41,599 bases of DNA from a virus (Duplodnaviria > Heunggongvirae > Uroviricota > Caudoviricetes). Positions 18,809-29,292 of this stretch are shown here, piece by piece; position 1 is the stretch's first letter, and each line of letters begins with the position of its first letter. Under the pieces are notes generated by a model, which searched no databases, had not been told where the DNA came from, and saw only the letters and a list, made by a program, of their open reading frames with translations. The DNA is taken from the IMG/VR virus record IMGVR_UViG_2740892231_000012. One strand, given 5' to 3'. A program made the translations under genes and the position numbers.

Positions 18809-19198
18809 GCACGGGCCTGTTTCGCTTTGTTACCGGTCTTTTTCCGGGGAGCATCCTGTCCGGCTTCGGCTTCGGCTTCGGCTTCGGCTTCGGCTTCGGC
18901 TTCGGCTTCGGCTTCGGCTNNNNNNNNNNCCGGCCACTGCATGAACCACACCCGCCACGCTCCCCGCATCATCAGCAGACGTCTGTAGTATTCGCACAGT
19001 GAGGCATGGCTCCGCCTCCAGTCGGGCAAGCTGCTCCGGGGTGACCTCAACCTGCTGACGTCCACGCGTGAACAGAAACCCCGCACGACGAAACGCCGAA
19101 CGACTGCAACGCACTTCTGCCAGCACCGTGACAGAATTGTCACCACTGACCTGAAGACCTGAATCATCTGTTGCTGCCACAGTGTGATGTTCATTCAT
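18805..19198 (-). CDS. Head-region protein with internal (Ala-Glu)n repeat (Mu gp35 position); frame uncertain across N10 gap at 18920-18929
   Basis: N-terminal part MNEHHTVAATDD... is in one frame; after the gap an (AE)n tract and basic tail GQDAPRKKTGNKAKQARA are in another frame. Confidence 0.45.
18859..18919. repeat. Tandem hexanucleotide repeat (GCTTCG)n of about 10 or more units, truncated by an N10 gap
   Basis: Directly visible as cggcttcggcttcgg... running into the gap; encodes (Ala-Glu)n on the minus strand. Confidence 0.9.
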
Positions 19199-19241
19199 AT
19201 TTGCCCTCCGCAGGGGCCGGGCCGTAAACCCGGCTCACCGT

Positions 19242-20189
19242 TTACAGATAATCCGCGACAACCAGCTCCAGCTTGCCCTTCATCTCGTTAGAGACGGTTG
19301 CGTTTCCGTCTGCGAACAGTTCACGCTCCAGCAGCTGCACCGCCTGTTTTTCCAGCGAGGTGGGGACAACAATATGGGTGGGTTTGATGCCGAGTTTGCG
19401 GCCACCGTCAGCGGTAAATTCGCGCATGGCTGACCAGCCGTGCCACAGTGCATCCAGCGTCAGCGGTGACTGCATCATGTAGGCCATCTGCCAGAAGCCG
19501 TAGCCCACATTGCGACGGGCGGAAGCACCGAACACAAATTCGTTATCGGTGAATGCGCGACCTTCATCGACTTTGGTCTGGGCAACCAGTTCAGCCTTAC
19601 GGCGATCCTGATAAATCAGCGGTTTTACCGCGCGGGAGCAGTCAAGCAGATACCAGGCCGGACCGCTGTAATCAGCCTGTGCGCCGACAGAGCCGGTTTT
19701 TGCCACAAACATATTGCTGACCATCTGCGCATCCCCGGAGCCATCCACTTTAGGGTAAACCGGATGTTCGGTATCAAAGAAGTTCTGACCGTCATAGCAG
19801 GCCGCACTGATCCCGTCACGCAGGGCAGCAAAGACCAGCTCATCCGGTTGTACCGCCGCAGCGCGCCCCATCTCCTGGAACAACGGGGAATAAATACCGA
19901 GGTTGTCGTCTTCGAAGTCATCGCGGCTAATGGCGACAGTGCCTTCAAAAGTTTTGTTCACGATGGCATAGCCATAGGCTTTCATCTTCTCGATGACGCG
20001 GGAGCCGATCCACTCACGGAACTGCGGGAACTGCCCCAGCCAGCCGTAGGTGTTGGATTTCGATGTGGAGGGCACGGTCATCGCAATTTTTTTATACTGC
20101 GACGGGGCCATGGACATCCCGGCCTGAAAATCAGAACGGTAGCCCGTCATCAGGGCGGTGATCATCGCCGGTGTAATCGGGGTAGGCAT
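19242..20189 (-). CDS. Major head subunit (Mu T-like)
   Basis: 315-aa ORF immediately downstream of the protease/scaffold gene, with size and position matching the Mu major head protein. Confidence 0.85.
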   Translation of the reverse strand: MPTPITPAMITALMTGYRSDFQAGMSMAPSQYKKIAMTVPSTSKSNTYGWLGQFPQFREWIGSRVIEKMKAYGYAIVNKTFEGTVAISRDDFEDDNLGIYSPLFQEMGRAAAVQPDELVFAALRDGISAACYDGQNFFDTEHPVYPKVDGSGDAQMVSNMFVAKTGSVGAQADYSGPAWYLLDCSRAVKPLIYQDRRKAELVAQTKVDEGRAFTDNEFVFGASARRNVGYGFWQMAYMMQSPLTLDALWHGWSAMREFTADGGRKLGIKPTHIVVPTSLEKQAVQLLERELFADGNATVSNEMKGKLELVVADYL

Positions 20190-21313
20190 TATTGCATTTC
20201 CTCTTTCATTTTCAGGAACTCGGCTTCGGTTTTACCCAGCAGTTTGGCGGCCGCGATATCTTCAGCCGACAGCGCAGCGGTGGCAGTCTTTTTATCCGGC
20301 ACGGTCACGGTGTCGGTCTGAAGAGAGGTCAGGGCCGCAACCGGCTGGCGGGCGTCAAGCTGTGCAGAAAGTGCCGCAACGCCAATCTGCCCGCCCAGTT
20401 GTTCCAGATAGCCGCGTTCGCTTTTGAAGATGCGCCCTTCGGATTCAGCCTTGTCCAGCACCTGCTCCAGCGTGGTGCTGCCGTGCTGCGCCGACAGCGC
20501 AACGTATTCGGTACGCAGGGCGTTATACGTTTCAACGGGCACGTATTTCGTCAGATCAATACTGCCGCCAGCCGGTGTGCCTTTTGCGGTTTCCAGCTCT
20601 GCCGACAGACTGGCGACCTGTGTTTTCAGGTTGTCGTGTGCATCCGCACGGGTTTTGATCCCGGTGAGGGCAGACAGCGCCGCCGTGCCCAGCTCCGGCG
20701 TAAATTCGTCACCGTCAGCCACGGTCAGACCGAGCGCCGTCAGCAACTGGCGTAATTGCTCATTCATGGAGGTATCCTTTAAAGGAGGGTTTAAGGCGTT
20801 ATAAAGGTCATCCGCCGACAGCGCGGCGACAGGATTCATGCCGGTCAGACCGGGGTCACCGGTAATAGCCAGCATCCGAAGTTCGACAGGTTCGCCGGTG
20901 TTCTCGTCATAGCCAATCACCGGTGAAAACCAGGGGAATTCGTTATTACGCAGATGTTCAAGGGCCGGAGGGTTCCACTTCGGGCGCACCTCGAAGCCAC
21001 GCTCTTCACTGAAGCGAAAATTCTCCGGTGAGGCCATCACAAAACCGGCAGCCGGTGCCTGATGCCCCTTAATCAGGGTCTGGTGGTTGTAGTCAATTTT
21101 CACCGGCTGATTGAGCGCCACAACCCGGGAGACCATGCGCTCAACGGCTGCATGGTTGATCAGCCAGCCCTCGGCCGGTTTTTCCGGGCGACCGTCACGG
21201 GCCTTTACCCGACCGGCTGGCATGATCTGACACCAGTCACCGTCCCCGTCTGCGGACAGGCTGATGGCATTCAGAATGGCATAAGCAAGTTTGGGCGTGT
21301 TTTTCGTCTTCAT
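20189..21313 (-). CDS. Head maturation protease / scaffold (Mu I-like)
   Basis: 374 aa with a protease-like N-terminal half and an Ala-rich helical C-terminal scaffold-like half; directly upstream of the major head gene. Confidence 0.8.
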   Translation of the reverse strand: MKTKNTPKLAYAILNAISLSADGDGDWCQIMPAGRVKARDGRPEKPAEGWLINHAAVERMVSRVVALNQPVKIDYNHQTLIKGHQAPAAGFVMASPENFRFSEERGFEVRPKWNPPALEHLRNNEFPWFSPVIGYDENTGEPVELRMLAITGDPGLTGMNPVAALSADDLYNALNPPLKDTSMNEQLRQLLTALGLTVADGDEFTPELGTAALSALTGIKTRADAHDNLKTQVASLSAELETAKGTPAGGSIDLTKYVPVETYNALRTEYVALSAQHGSTTLEQVLDKAESEGRIFKSERGYLEQLGGQIGVAALSAQLDARQPVAALTSLQTDTVTVPDKKTATAALSAEDIAAAKLLGKTEAEFLKMKEEMQ

Positions 21314-21489
21314 TCCGGCAGCATAAGCCGGGAATTTTCAGGGCGGGTTTTGCGGGATTTCAGGAAGTGCTTCCAGGGGAAAAATACAAAGGCGCTTCAC
21401 GCAGATTTTAAAGCCCGTTAAATACAGGTTAGAAAATCACGACACGCGCCTGAAGGGGGTAAGGTAATGCATTTGCATACCTTAAACAA
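21314..21489. other. Intergenic region between G-like and I-like genes; candidate Mu-type central strong gyrase site
   Basis: Position only: Mu carries its strong gyrase-binding site in the G-I intergenic region near the genome centre, and this 176-bp AT-rich spacer is in the equivalent place. Confidence 0.3.
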
Positions 21490-21963
21490 TTAAGGCGTTT
21501 CTGTGGCCTTTTTAAAGCGTTTTCTGATTTCGTCCATGATCTCCTGCTCTGCCACCTGATCAAAGCCCATATACGGACGTGCACCAATGGCCGCCGGTCC
21601 CGGCGGCATACCGGGCAGGCCACCCCACTGATGAATGGCCGCATAAGGCTCATTTGATCCAATCAGCGCCCAGGTGTCGCCATAATCCGTGGTCAGGCGT
21701 CGGGCCAGATCGCCGTTCAGCGTCAGGATTTTGCCGGGCATGTATCCCTTACGGGTACGCCACTTGCGGTAAGGATCTGACCAGTCATGCCAGCGTTCGC
21801 CGTCCGGCTCTTTTTCCTGTTCAAACGCCATTTCTGACGATGACAGAAGACTCGCCGCCACACTGCGGGCCAGGTCTTTTCCACCACCCACAAACTGAAG
21901 CCGGGCAAAGACCCGCTGGAGACGCGCAACGTCCACCACCACGGCTGCATCGATGGATGACAT
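21490..21963 (-). CDS. Virion morphogenesis protein (Mu G-like)
   Basis: 157 aa, between the F-like and I-like genes. Confidence 0.7.
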   Translation of the reverse strand: MSSIDAAVVVDVARLQRVFARLQFVGGGKDLARSVAASLLSSSEMAFEQEKEPDGERWHDWSDPYRKWRTRKGYMPGKILTLNGDLARRLTTDYGDTWALIGSNEPYAAIHQWGGLPGMPPGPAAIGARPYMGFDQVAEQEIMDEIRKRFKKATETP

Positions 21964-22081
21964 GTTGCCTCCTTAAAACTATCTGATTAAAATAAATACA
22001 GGCCGGTGTACTCTTAACTGGTAAAGCGGCATAAACCCTCAGGGGTCATATGTTTATGCGGGTTCGACCCCCGTCACCGGC

Positions 22082-23407
22082 TTACAATTTACCTTCCAGT
22101 AGTTCCAGCTTTCCGCCCTCTATTGCTTTTTCAATATCAAATTTATTTACCCGGTAAGCATTAATTACCACATCCAGCTTATCCGGCTGGCGCTTCACAC
22201 CATAAGGCGCATTGACGGCAATCTTTGCCGTTCCGTCACGGGTTTCAGTGATGTAAAGCAGGTTCTGATGGACATGATCCCACAGCACGGCATCAGGCGC
22301 GGCCAGCATTGCCGGTAATCGCCCGAAATCCTCCGGCGTCAGGGCGATACCGTCATTCTGATGTTTCACGCTGTCCGCATGGAGCACATTTTTACCGCTC
22401 ATCGCCAGCAGGCGGGCCGGTGGCGTTCCCGTCCGGCTTTCCACCGCCTGCGCAATACTTTCGGTCATAAAGCCCAGCGTGCGGATATCGTTACCGCCTC
22501 GCCGGGTTTTCATGATGTTTTTTGCCCAGATGCGGAACGCCAGCTGCCGCTCCGGGCTGTTGTTCATCTCCTGAACCACCATTTCCCGTAACTCCGGGCT
22601 TTTCACCTCGATCAACTTGCGGAGCAGCGCCTGGTCTGTGCCGAACGCCGCCGAACCGGGGTTATATGACCAGCCCACATCCGGTGTCATGGTTCTGGTG
22701 CCATCTGAATATGTGGTCACCGGCATTTCTCTGACTTCCCCGGTCTGCTTATCCACGCCAGCCTCAACATTGCGGGTGGAGAGATGATCCTGACCGGATG
22801 AAACAGACAGCCCCATCGCATCCAGACGGGCCTGAGACAATGGCCGGACACGGCAGCGACAGTTCCAGCCATTGGGCGGGTAGTGTGTATTCCAGAACGG
22901 ATCGTCATAGCGGAATACCAGACCGTTAAGGGCGGAATGCGCCGGGCGGGTGCGGCTGTCCATCACCGCCACATACTGCCAGAACGGATGCGTGTCCGTG
23001 TTGTTCATCATCTGCGTGTAACGCCCGGCATTGTAAGCCACACGGGTGTTCACGTTGTAAATCAGCGCCAGACGGCGGGGACTGCCCAGCTGCACTTCTT
23101 CCGCGTTACCGGCACTGTCCACCACAATCTGTTTTCCCCACCATCCCAGCTTTTGCAGGCGGGGTGTCAGTGTGCGGATAAATGCTTTCTGTGAAATCCC
23201 CTCATCAACAGCACGCTGCACTTCCGCCTGTAGTGTGGTCAGTACGTCCAGGCGTGCCACTTTTGCCGCCGTGAATGAACGGGCATGAACATCTGCGTTT
23301 GTTTCGAACCAGTTCCAGCTGATATGCGCCCCTTTAGCGCGGAAGTATGCCACCGCCTCTTTTGAGGGAAGCGTGGCGGCATAACCTAAATCAATCCCCT
23401 GTGCCAT
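22082..23407 (-). CDS. Head morphogenesis / minor head protein (Mu F-like)
   Basis: 441 aa, immediately downstream of the portal gene; contains NGWNCRCR. Confidence 0.75.
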   Translation of the reverse strand: MAQGIDLGYAATLPSKEAVAYFRAKGAHISWNWFETNADVHARSFTAAKVARLDVLTTLQAEVQRAVDEGISQKAFIRTLTPRLQKLGWWGKQIVVDSAGNAEEVQLGSPRRLALIYNVNTRVAYNAGRYTQMMNNTDTHPFWQYVAVMDSRTRPAHSALNGLVFRYDDPFWNTHYPPNGWNCRCRVRPLSQARLDAMGLSVSSGQDHLSTRNVEAGVDKQTGEVREMPVTTYSDGTRTMTPDVGWSYNPGSAAFGTDQALLRKLIEVKSPELREMVVQEMNNSPERQLAFRIWAKNIMKTRRGGNDIRTLGFMTESIAQAVESRTGTPPARLLAMSGKNVLHADSVKHQNDGIALTPEDFGRLPAMLAAPDAVLWDHVHQNLLYITETRDGTAKIAVNAPYGVKRQPDKLDVVINAYRVNKFDIEKAIEGGKLELLEGKL

Positions 23408-24989
23408 CCAGCATCCCCTTCATTTCCGCAGCAAACATGGCATCACTGAGCAGCGTCATCAGGCGGGAATCATCCATTTCACGGTAAAGGGCAGGCAGGT
23501 CTGCCAGTGCCTCCGCCAGCCCCCGCGTTCTGATGGCTTCAATGACCGGCTCCAGTACCGGGTCGATGGCCTCCTGTAACCGGCGGGCAGGCACCGCATC
23601 CCCCATGTCGTCCAGTTCATCTCGGGGGCTGCTCTTCGCTTCCGGCAGTCTGGCAGCCAGCGCTGTCTGCTCTGTCTTCTCCTGTTTTTCCGGTGGCATC
23701 TCTTTGTCTGTCTGAGCAGGTTCATTGCCACTCTGACGGACACGGAAGATGGCTTCACCGGGGGCAGGCTGTGGAATACCGGTCTGCTCCCGTACCCAGG
23801 GATCAGGAATATCCATCCCCGTACTGAGCTGCATCACCGCACTGGTGATTTTGGTGATATCCCCCGGCTCTTTTGTCTGGAAACAGATACGCGGCAGGCG
23901 ACGGATATCAATGGCGTGGGCGGTGTTCAGGGCATACAGCGGATACACCAGATCGCGGTTCAGCGTGGCGGCCAGCTGACGTAAATCAGAATTCCTGATT
24001 TCCCGGCGCACCTCGTTATGCACTTCACCCAGCGAGCGCGCGCCTTTGTCTCCGGCTTCCGTGGTCAGCGTGCCGCCGAGTATTGCTTTGGAGATGGAAC
24101 GCTCCCCCCACGAAATCATGGTTTCAAACGGATCGGCCTGACCGTTCGCGGCTGCCTGAAACTCCAGAGACATCCCGGCCGGGATGATCCCGCCTGTACG
24201 TCGCCCGATATCCATCACCGCCCGCATCAGGGCGCTTTTCTGCTCCGGCGTTGCCCCGGACGGGTATTTACCGACCTTCATCGGCAGGCCGTACACCTCC
24301 AGAAATTCAGCCAGATCGCGCACGGAATAGTTTTTGAAAATGAACGGCCAGATAAGCGTCCTGACAAGCCCCGTTGCGCCGCCGTAACCGGTGCGTGAAC
24401 GTGACTGATGCACTATCCAGCCAAAGGGCTGAAACGCCACCCCGGCATGGCTGCCGTCACGCAGCCGCAGTTCGCTCAAATCATCCGGGTTAAGGCAGAA
24501 ATGCCCGCTGTCACGCCAGCGGATGGCGCGGATGATGTGCATTTTACCGAGCATCCCGTGCTCAATCTCCATGCAGGAATAGCCTTTCAGGATAGCATCG
24601 GTGGCATCAAACAGCATGGCATCAAACCAGTCGGCGGAATGCAGATATTCGTCGAGCATTTCCGCGTCCTTTTTCTCATTCGCGCTGGCGTTCGGGGGCG
24701 GCTCAATACTCCATGGCACCCCCTGAATGGCAAGGCGTCGCTTGCCCAGCTCTGCAAAAAGGTGGGTATCCTTTTCTTCAATGTCAGCGGCCAGATCGGA
24801 CTGGGCAATCAGATCGCCACGTTCAGCCCCGCGAAGGCACTGTGCCGCCCGGTTCGGGGTGATACCCGAGGCCGGATGTTCAATATAACGGCTGGCAATC
24901 TGCGGAATATCCAGCGCGGCACTCTGCATCTCCGGGTCAAAGGAGAAAGGTTTTCCGTCAAGATCAATTATGCGTCCCACTACCAGCAC
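23391..24989 (-). CDS. Portal protein (Mu H-like)
   Basis: 532 aa, downstream of and overlapping the terminase large subunit gene. Confidence 0.85.
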   Translation of the reverse strand: MLVVGRIIDLDGKPFSFDPEMQSAALDIPQIASRYIEHPASGITPNRAAQCLRGAERGDLIAQSDLAADIEEKDTHLFAELGKRRLAIQGVPWSIEPPPNASANEKKDAEMLDEYLHSADWFDAMLFDATDAILKGYSCMEIEHGMLGKMHIIRAIRWRDSGHFCLNPDDLSELRLRDGSHAGVAFQPFGWIVHQSRSRTGYGGATGLVRTLIWPFIFKNYSVRDLAEFLEVYGLPMKVGKYPSGATPEQKSALMRAVMDIGRRTGGIIPAGMSLEFQAAANGQADPFETMISWGERSISKAILGGTLTTEAGDKGARSLGEVHNEVRREIRNSDLRQLAATLNRDLVYPLYALNTAHAIDIRRLPRICFQTKEPGDITKITSAVMQLSTGMDIPDPWVREQTGIPQPAPGEAIFRVRQSGNEPAQTDKEMPPEKQEKTEQTALAARLPEAKSSPRDELDDMGDAVPARRLQEAIDPVLEPVIEAIRTRGLAEALADLPALYREMDDSRLMTLLSDAMFAAEMKGMLDGTGD

Positions 24990-26938
24990 CCCCGATCAAA
25001 TTCATGATATGCCTCATCGTCATCACGATAACCGCCCTCCATGGCCCGCGACCGCTCCGGCAGCGCCTGGCAGGCTGATTCATCCAGGATAAAGCCCTCC
25101 ATGTATGACGCCCGGTTTGCCATACAGAGCGCCACGGCAAAATCACCATGGCGGCGGGCGTTCACAGCCGTTGCGTTCTGGTCCTTCGTACGCCCCTTGT
25201 CGATTTGCGGGATACCGTTCACCACCTTCACATGGCGCAAATCATCAAGCGTGGTCTGATGGCGGGCGATGAGGATATTCTGATCCTCAAACTCGGCCTT
25301 CAGTTTTGGCATCCACTCGCCGTACCACTTCGGCGATAACATCACGCAGTCGATGATGTCCGGGCCAAAGGCCAGCAGCGCGGCTTCGGCCAGATAGCCG
25401 CCGTTACCGGTGGCGTCGAACGCCGCACCGACCAGCGCCGGAACGCGGGTCAGGATGTACATCATCACCTGCTCCTGCTGGGCATACGGCAGGTTGCGCA
25501 GCTCCACGCGAAACACCTCGCGTTTTGCCAGGGATTCAGTGATTTCCAGCAGCACAAAGCAGGAGAGGTCACCGGTGCGGGCAAAGTCTTCCCCGAAGCT
25601 GAAGCGGGAACGGGGATTTAACGCCTCTAAAAGCGGTTTTAAATGTTCTTCACACCAGGTTAAAACCTCCGATTCACGCAGCCATGTGGCACGGCTGATG
25701 AAGTCGTCCGGGGCTTCAAACGTCAGAATCGGGATGTCGCGGAGCATCGCCATTTCAATAAGCGCGTGAGGAATATAGGCACCGCCGGATTTTTTCGGGA
25801 TACAGCCGTATTCCTCGTCGGCATCCTCACGNNNNNNNNNNCGGCACGGCTGATGAAGTCGTCCGGGGCTTCAAACGTCAGAATCGGGATGTCGCGGATC
25901 ATCGCCATTTCAATAAGTGCGTGAGGAATATAGGCACCGCCGGATTTTTTCGGGATACAGCCGTATTCCTCGTCGGCATCCTCACGGGTCGGGGCGTTTT
26001 TGTAGAGATCATCACGCCACTTCTGCTCGCTTTCCGGTGACCATTCGCGGCCGGTGACATAACAGATACGACGGTACAGCCCGTCCGCAATGGCATCATC
26101 CAGGGTAATGCGGTGGACGCTGTAATCCTTGCGCCCTTCGCGGGCTTCCTGAATGTACTGATTAAACAGATTATCGACGCCGTTATGCGTGGAGATAATA
26201 CGCACGCGCGCGCCCCACATGGTGAGCGCCATTGCCGCCTTGAGAAGCTCATCCAGTGACTCGTGGAACGCGGCTTCATCAATCACCACATCCCCCTGAA
26301 GGCCGCGCAGGTTTGACGGACGGGAAGACAGTGCCTGAATTTTGAATCCACTGTTCGGAAAGCGGATCATGTAGGTCAGAATTTCTTCTTTTTTATCCCG
26401 ATCCCAGAAGGTCTGCTCATACACATCAGCATCTGCCAGCTGGTTAAAGGCACGGGAGAACAGTGCACAGGCAGAAATATATTCCAGCGCCATCTCCTGC
26501 TTTGACCCCACATAAAACACATTGCGGCCACCGCGCCGCTTCGGTTTTGCAGCGGTAATGACGTTACGCCCGGCTTCCGCCCAGGTAAGCCCGGTGCGGC
26601 GGGATTTTTCCGCGATGCAGACCTCGCTTTCATCCTCAAACCAGCGGGCCTGATAATCCAGAAATACCGGCATATCACCGGGCAAATCAAGGCTGTCCGG
26701 CACATCCACGCCCAGCAGGGCTTTTTCACCGGCCAGATCAATTTTGCGGGTNNNNNNNNNNTTCGCTTTCATCCTCAAACCAGCGGGCCTGATAATCCAG
26801 AAACACCGGCATATCACCGGGTAAATCAAGGCTGTCCGGCACATCCACGCCCAGCAGGGCTTTTTCACCGGCCAGATCAATTTTGCGGGTGGAGACGGTA
26901 TTCGTCAGTAAGGGGGAGAGTTCTTCGGCGTTATTCAT
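24980..26938 (-). CDS. Terminase large subunit; includes N10 gaps at 25832-25841 and 26751-26760 with duplicated flanks
   Basis: Large ORF split in the track into 66-, 385- and 257-aa pieces sharing repeated text at the gaps; position upstream of portal. Confidence 0.8.
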
Positions 26939-27625
26939 CAGGCTTTACCCAACAGAATCCCCTTAATACGGGACTCAAGCTGTTCACTCATCCCGTCCAC
27001 GCCGCGCAGCTCGTCGGTGACGGCGTTTGCCATCTCTTCAGCAAATGCGGCCCGGATTTCTTTTTCACGCTTAATGCTGCGCTCGGCGGCACTTTCCGCA
27101 CGCTGTGCTGACAGGAGGATGTCCTTAATAAGACGCATATCCACGTCGCTGTCACTGTTCAGGGATTCGGTCGCGGCACGCAGACGGCGGTACATCAGGG
27201 CGCGGGACATCTCCAGAATCAGCGCTGTGGTTTCACCGGTTGGCTTGTCTCCCAGTTCGGCCATCATGGCTTTTGTCTGCTCGCGTAAATCACGCAGGTT
27301 ACGGGCAATCAGCTCATTNNNNNNNNNNTGCAGTGGTTTCACCGGTCGGCTTGTCCCCCAGTTCGGCCATCATGGCTTTTGTCTGCTCGCGTAAATCACG
27401 CAGGTTACGGGCAATCAGCTCATTACGGGAGGCTTCCCGGCTGATGGCCGCCGGTGAAAGCTGCTGCTCTTCCGGCAGGCCCGCCTCACGGATCAGACGG
27501 TTGATTTCCTCGCGTATCTGGACCTGCGTCAGACGTTTTTCACGCAGCATTTCCAGCAGTGGCTTACGGATGCTGTCGGGGAGCAAATCCACCTTGCGCA
27601 CGCGTCCACGCGTCGGCTTGTCCAT
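26938..27625 (-). CDS. Putative terminase small subunit-like protein (Mu gp27-like); includes N10 gap at 27319-27328
   Basis: Basic N-terminus MDKPTRGRVRKVDLLPDSIRKPLLEMLREKRLTQ then helical region; ATGA overlap with the terminase large subunit start. Confidence 0.55.
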
Positions 27626-27627
27626 CG

Positions 27628-27918
27628 TTACCCCCTTGCGCGTGGTTTCTTCACACCCGGAACGCTGGCGCGACCTTCCGCCACATCCTGACCCCGGCCG
27701 GTCAGTTCGGCGATGAAATAACCGTTAACGAGCGTGCGCTTACGCACCAGTCCCTGCTCGGCAAGCCAGGCAATGTGGGTGTGAACGGTGTCGCGGGACA
27801 CGCGGTGGCCGTAATCATCCAGACAGTCCTGGAGCACGGATTCACCCAGTTCACCGTTGTAATCTGCCAGCGACCGCAGAATGACCAGACGCTGATCTTC
27901 AGTAATGAAATCACTCAT
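27628..27918 (-). CDS. Conserved phage protein (Mu gp26-like)
   Basis: 96-aa ORF, coupled to neighbours in the lysis-to-packaging block. Confidence 0.45.
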   Translation of the reverse strand: MSDFITEDQRLVILRSLADYNGELGESVLQDCLDDYGHRVSRDTVHTHIAWLAEQGLVRKRTLVNGYFIAELTGRGQDVAEGRASVPGVKKPRARG

Positions 27919-28223
27919 TGCGTTTTTTTCCTTACAGCCTGCTCCAGCAGCAGTTCGTTCTGATAGGAGACAGAGCGGAGCGTGGCATTCGTGGTTTTCA
28001 GTTCACCCCGCAGGGTCACGATTTCCACATTCAGACGGTTGACCTCGGCTTCTGTCGGCAGTGACGACAGGCGGGTTTCCACCTTCTCAACGCGGTCGGA
28101 GAGTTTTTCAAAGGCCTCGCGGGGGACAAACGTTTTGCGCATCAGCGCCATGAATATCCCGCCAGCGGTTGCCGTCGCCGAAAGGATCGGCACAACATAA
28201 TCTTTAACGATGCTGACCCACAT
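27915..28223 (-). CDS. Membrane-anchored coiled-coil protein (Mu gp25 releasin-like)
   Basis: N-terminal TM segment VVPILSATATAGGIFMALM then helical domain; position in the lysis cassette. Confidence 0.45.
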   Translation of the reverse strand: MWVSIVKDYVVPILSATATAGGIFMALMRKTFVPREAFEKLSDRVEKVETRLSSLPTEAEVNRLNVEIVTLRGELKTTNATLRSVSYQNELLLEQAVRKKTQ

Positions 28224-28497
28224 GACGGGCCTCCATGATGTTCTGGCAGTTCACACAACGGATGGCATCCGGCACAGCAACAAGACGTGCGGCGGGGATC
28301 TCTCCGCCACAGTCCGCGCAGACACGTCTGCCCGGAGCATCCATTGCCCGGCGCTTACGTGTCAGCCGGTTACAAAGGGCGCGTTCTGATCCCCGCTCCA
28401 TCACAGCCTGAGCACGATCTGAATCATCCATACCTTTTTCCTTACTTCGTCTTTCCTGCCGGAACAGCAGGCGTTCCGGCCATATCAGTAAATTCAT
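28204..28497 (-). CDS. TraR/DksA-family C4 zinc-finger protein
   Basis: CADCGGEIPAARL...RCVNCQ four-cysteine motif typical of phage TraR-like proteins. True start is probably the internal MDDSDRAQ. Confidence 0.65.
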   Translation of the reverse strand: MNLLIWPERLLFRQERRSKEKGMDDSDRAQAVMERGSERALCNRLTRKRRAMDAPGRRVCADCGGEIPAARLVAVPDAIRCVNCQNIMEARHVGQHR

Positions 28498-28717
28498 GTT
28501 GTCGCCGCGCCTCCAGACGACGAATACTGGCCTTGTCCACGTTGCAGTTCTTGATCACCGCCAGCAGTTGCAGGTTGTAAGTGACCGATGCCCCAAACGT
28601 GAACGGCTCCGGCGCAGGAGGGACCAGGCAGTCAGCCAGCCATTCAGCGGGGATCGGCACCGGCTTCACAGGCACGTATTTCACAGACGGCCCGGCGCAC
28701 CCGATCAGCCACATCAT
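28442..28717 (-). CDS. o-spanin (outer-membrane lipoprotein), overlapping the i-spanin 3' end in another frame
   Basis: LFLMMWLIGCAG lipobox-like signal followed by Pro-rich PVKPVPIPAEW...PPAPEP. Confidence 0.6.
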   Translation of the reverse strand: MMWLIGCAGPSVKYVPVKPVPIPAEWLADCLVPPAPEPFTFGASVTYNLQLLAVIKNCNVDKASIRRLEARRQHEFTDMAGTPAVPAGKTK

Positions 28718-29292
28718 CAGGAACAGGGGCAGAGGCCGCAGGCACTGCTGCCAGCGACCGGCGGACAACGCTCTGCTGCCCCTCGCTGTGCTGAATGTTC
28801 TGTTGTTTTTCATTCGTGGCCGCCTCACTGATTTGTGAAATGAGTTGCAGGGTGTGCTGCTGATTTGCCAGCACCTGACGCGCCTCATCCCGCTCACGCA
28901 CAAGCACCTGATTATTGTCTTCAAGGCGCTGCGTCTTCTGGTGCATTCCCCATACCACGGCAGCCAGCACGCTCATCACCCCCAGCGCCGCCATACAGCC
29001 TCCGGCAATCAGGGCCGGTAAGGGATTATTCACCGCAGCCACAGGACACCCCGTAACAGCAGTACCGCACACAGCAGCGCTATCATGAGCGGNNNNNNNN
29101 NNTAGCGGCAACCAGTACAGCGATAATCCCCAGCGCCGCCATGCACGCCCCGGCAATCAGGGCCGGTAAGGCATTATTCACCGCAGCCACAGGACACCCC
29201 GTAACAGCAGTACCGCACACAGCAGCGCTATCATGAGCGGTCGCCAGAAGCGGTTCAGACTTTCGGCAAGTCGTAGCGACATAACCATTCAT
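28644..29292 (-). CDS. i-spanin (inner-membrane, coiled-coil); start uncertain; includes N10 gap at 29093-29102 and duplicated flank
   Basis: TM segment LPALIAGGCMAALGVMSVLAAVVWG followed by Gln-rich helical region; immediately downstream of the endolysin. Confidence 0.55.

Noticed and set aside
18859-18919. Possible CRISPR-like repeat array
   Set aside because: It is a simple in-frame hexanucleotide microsatellite with no spacers and no cas genes.
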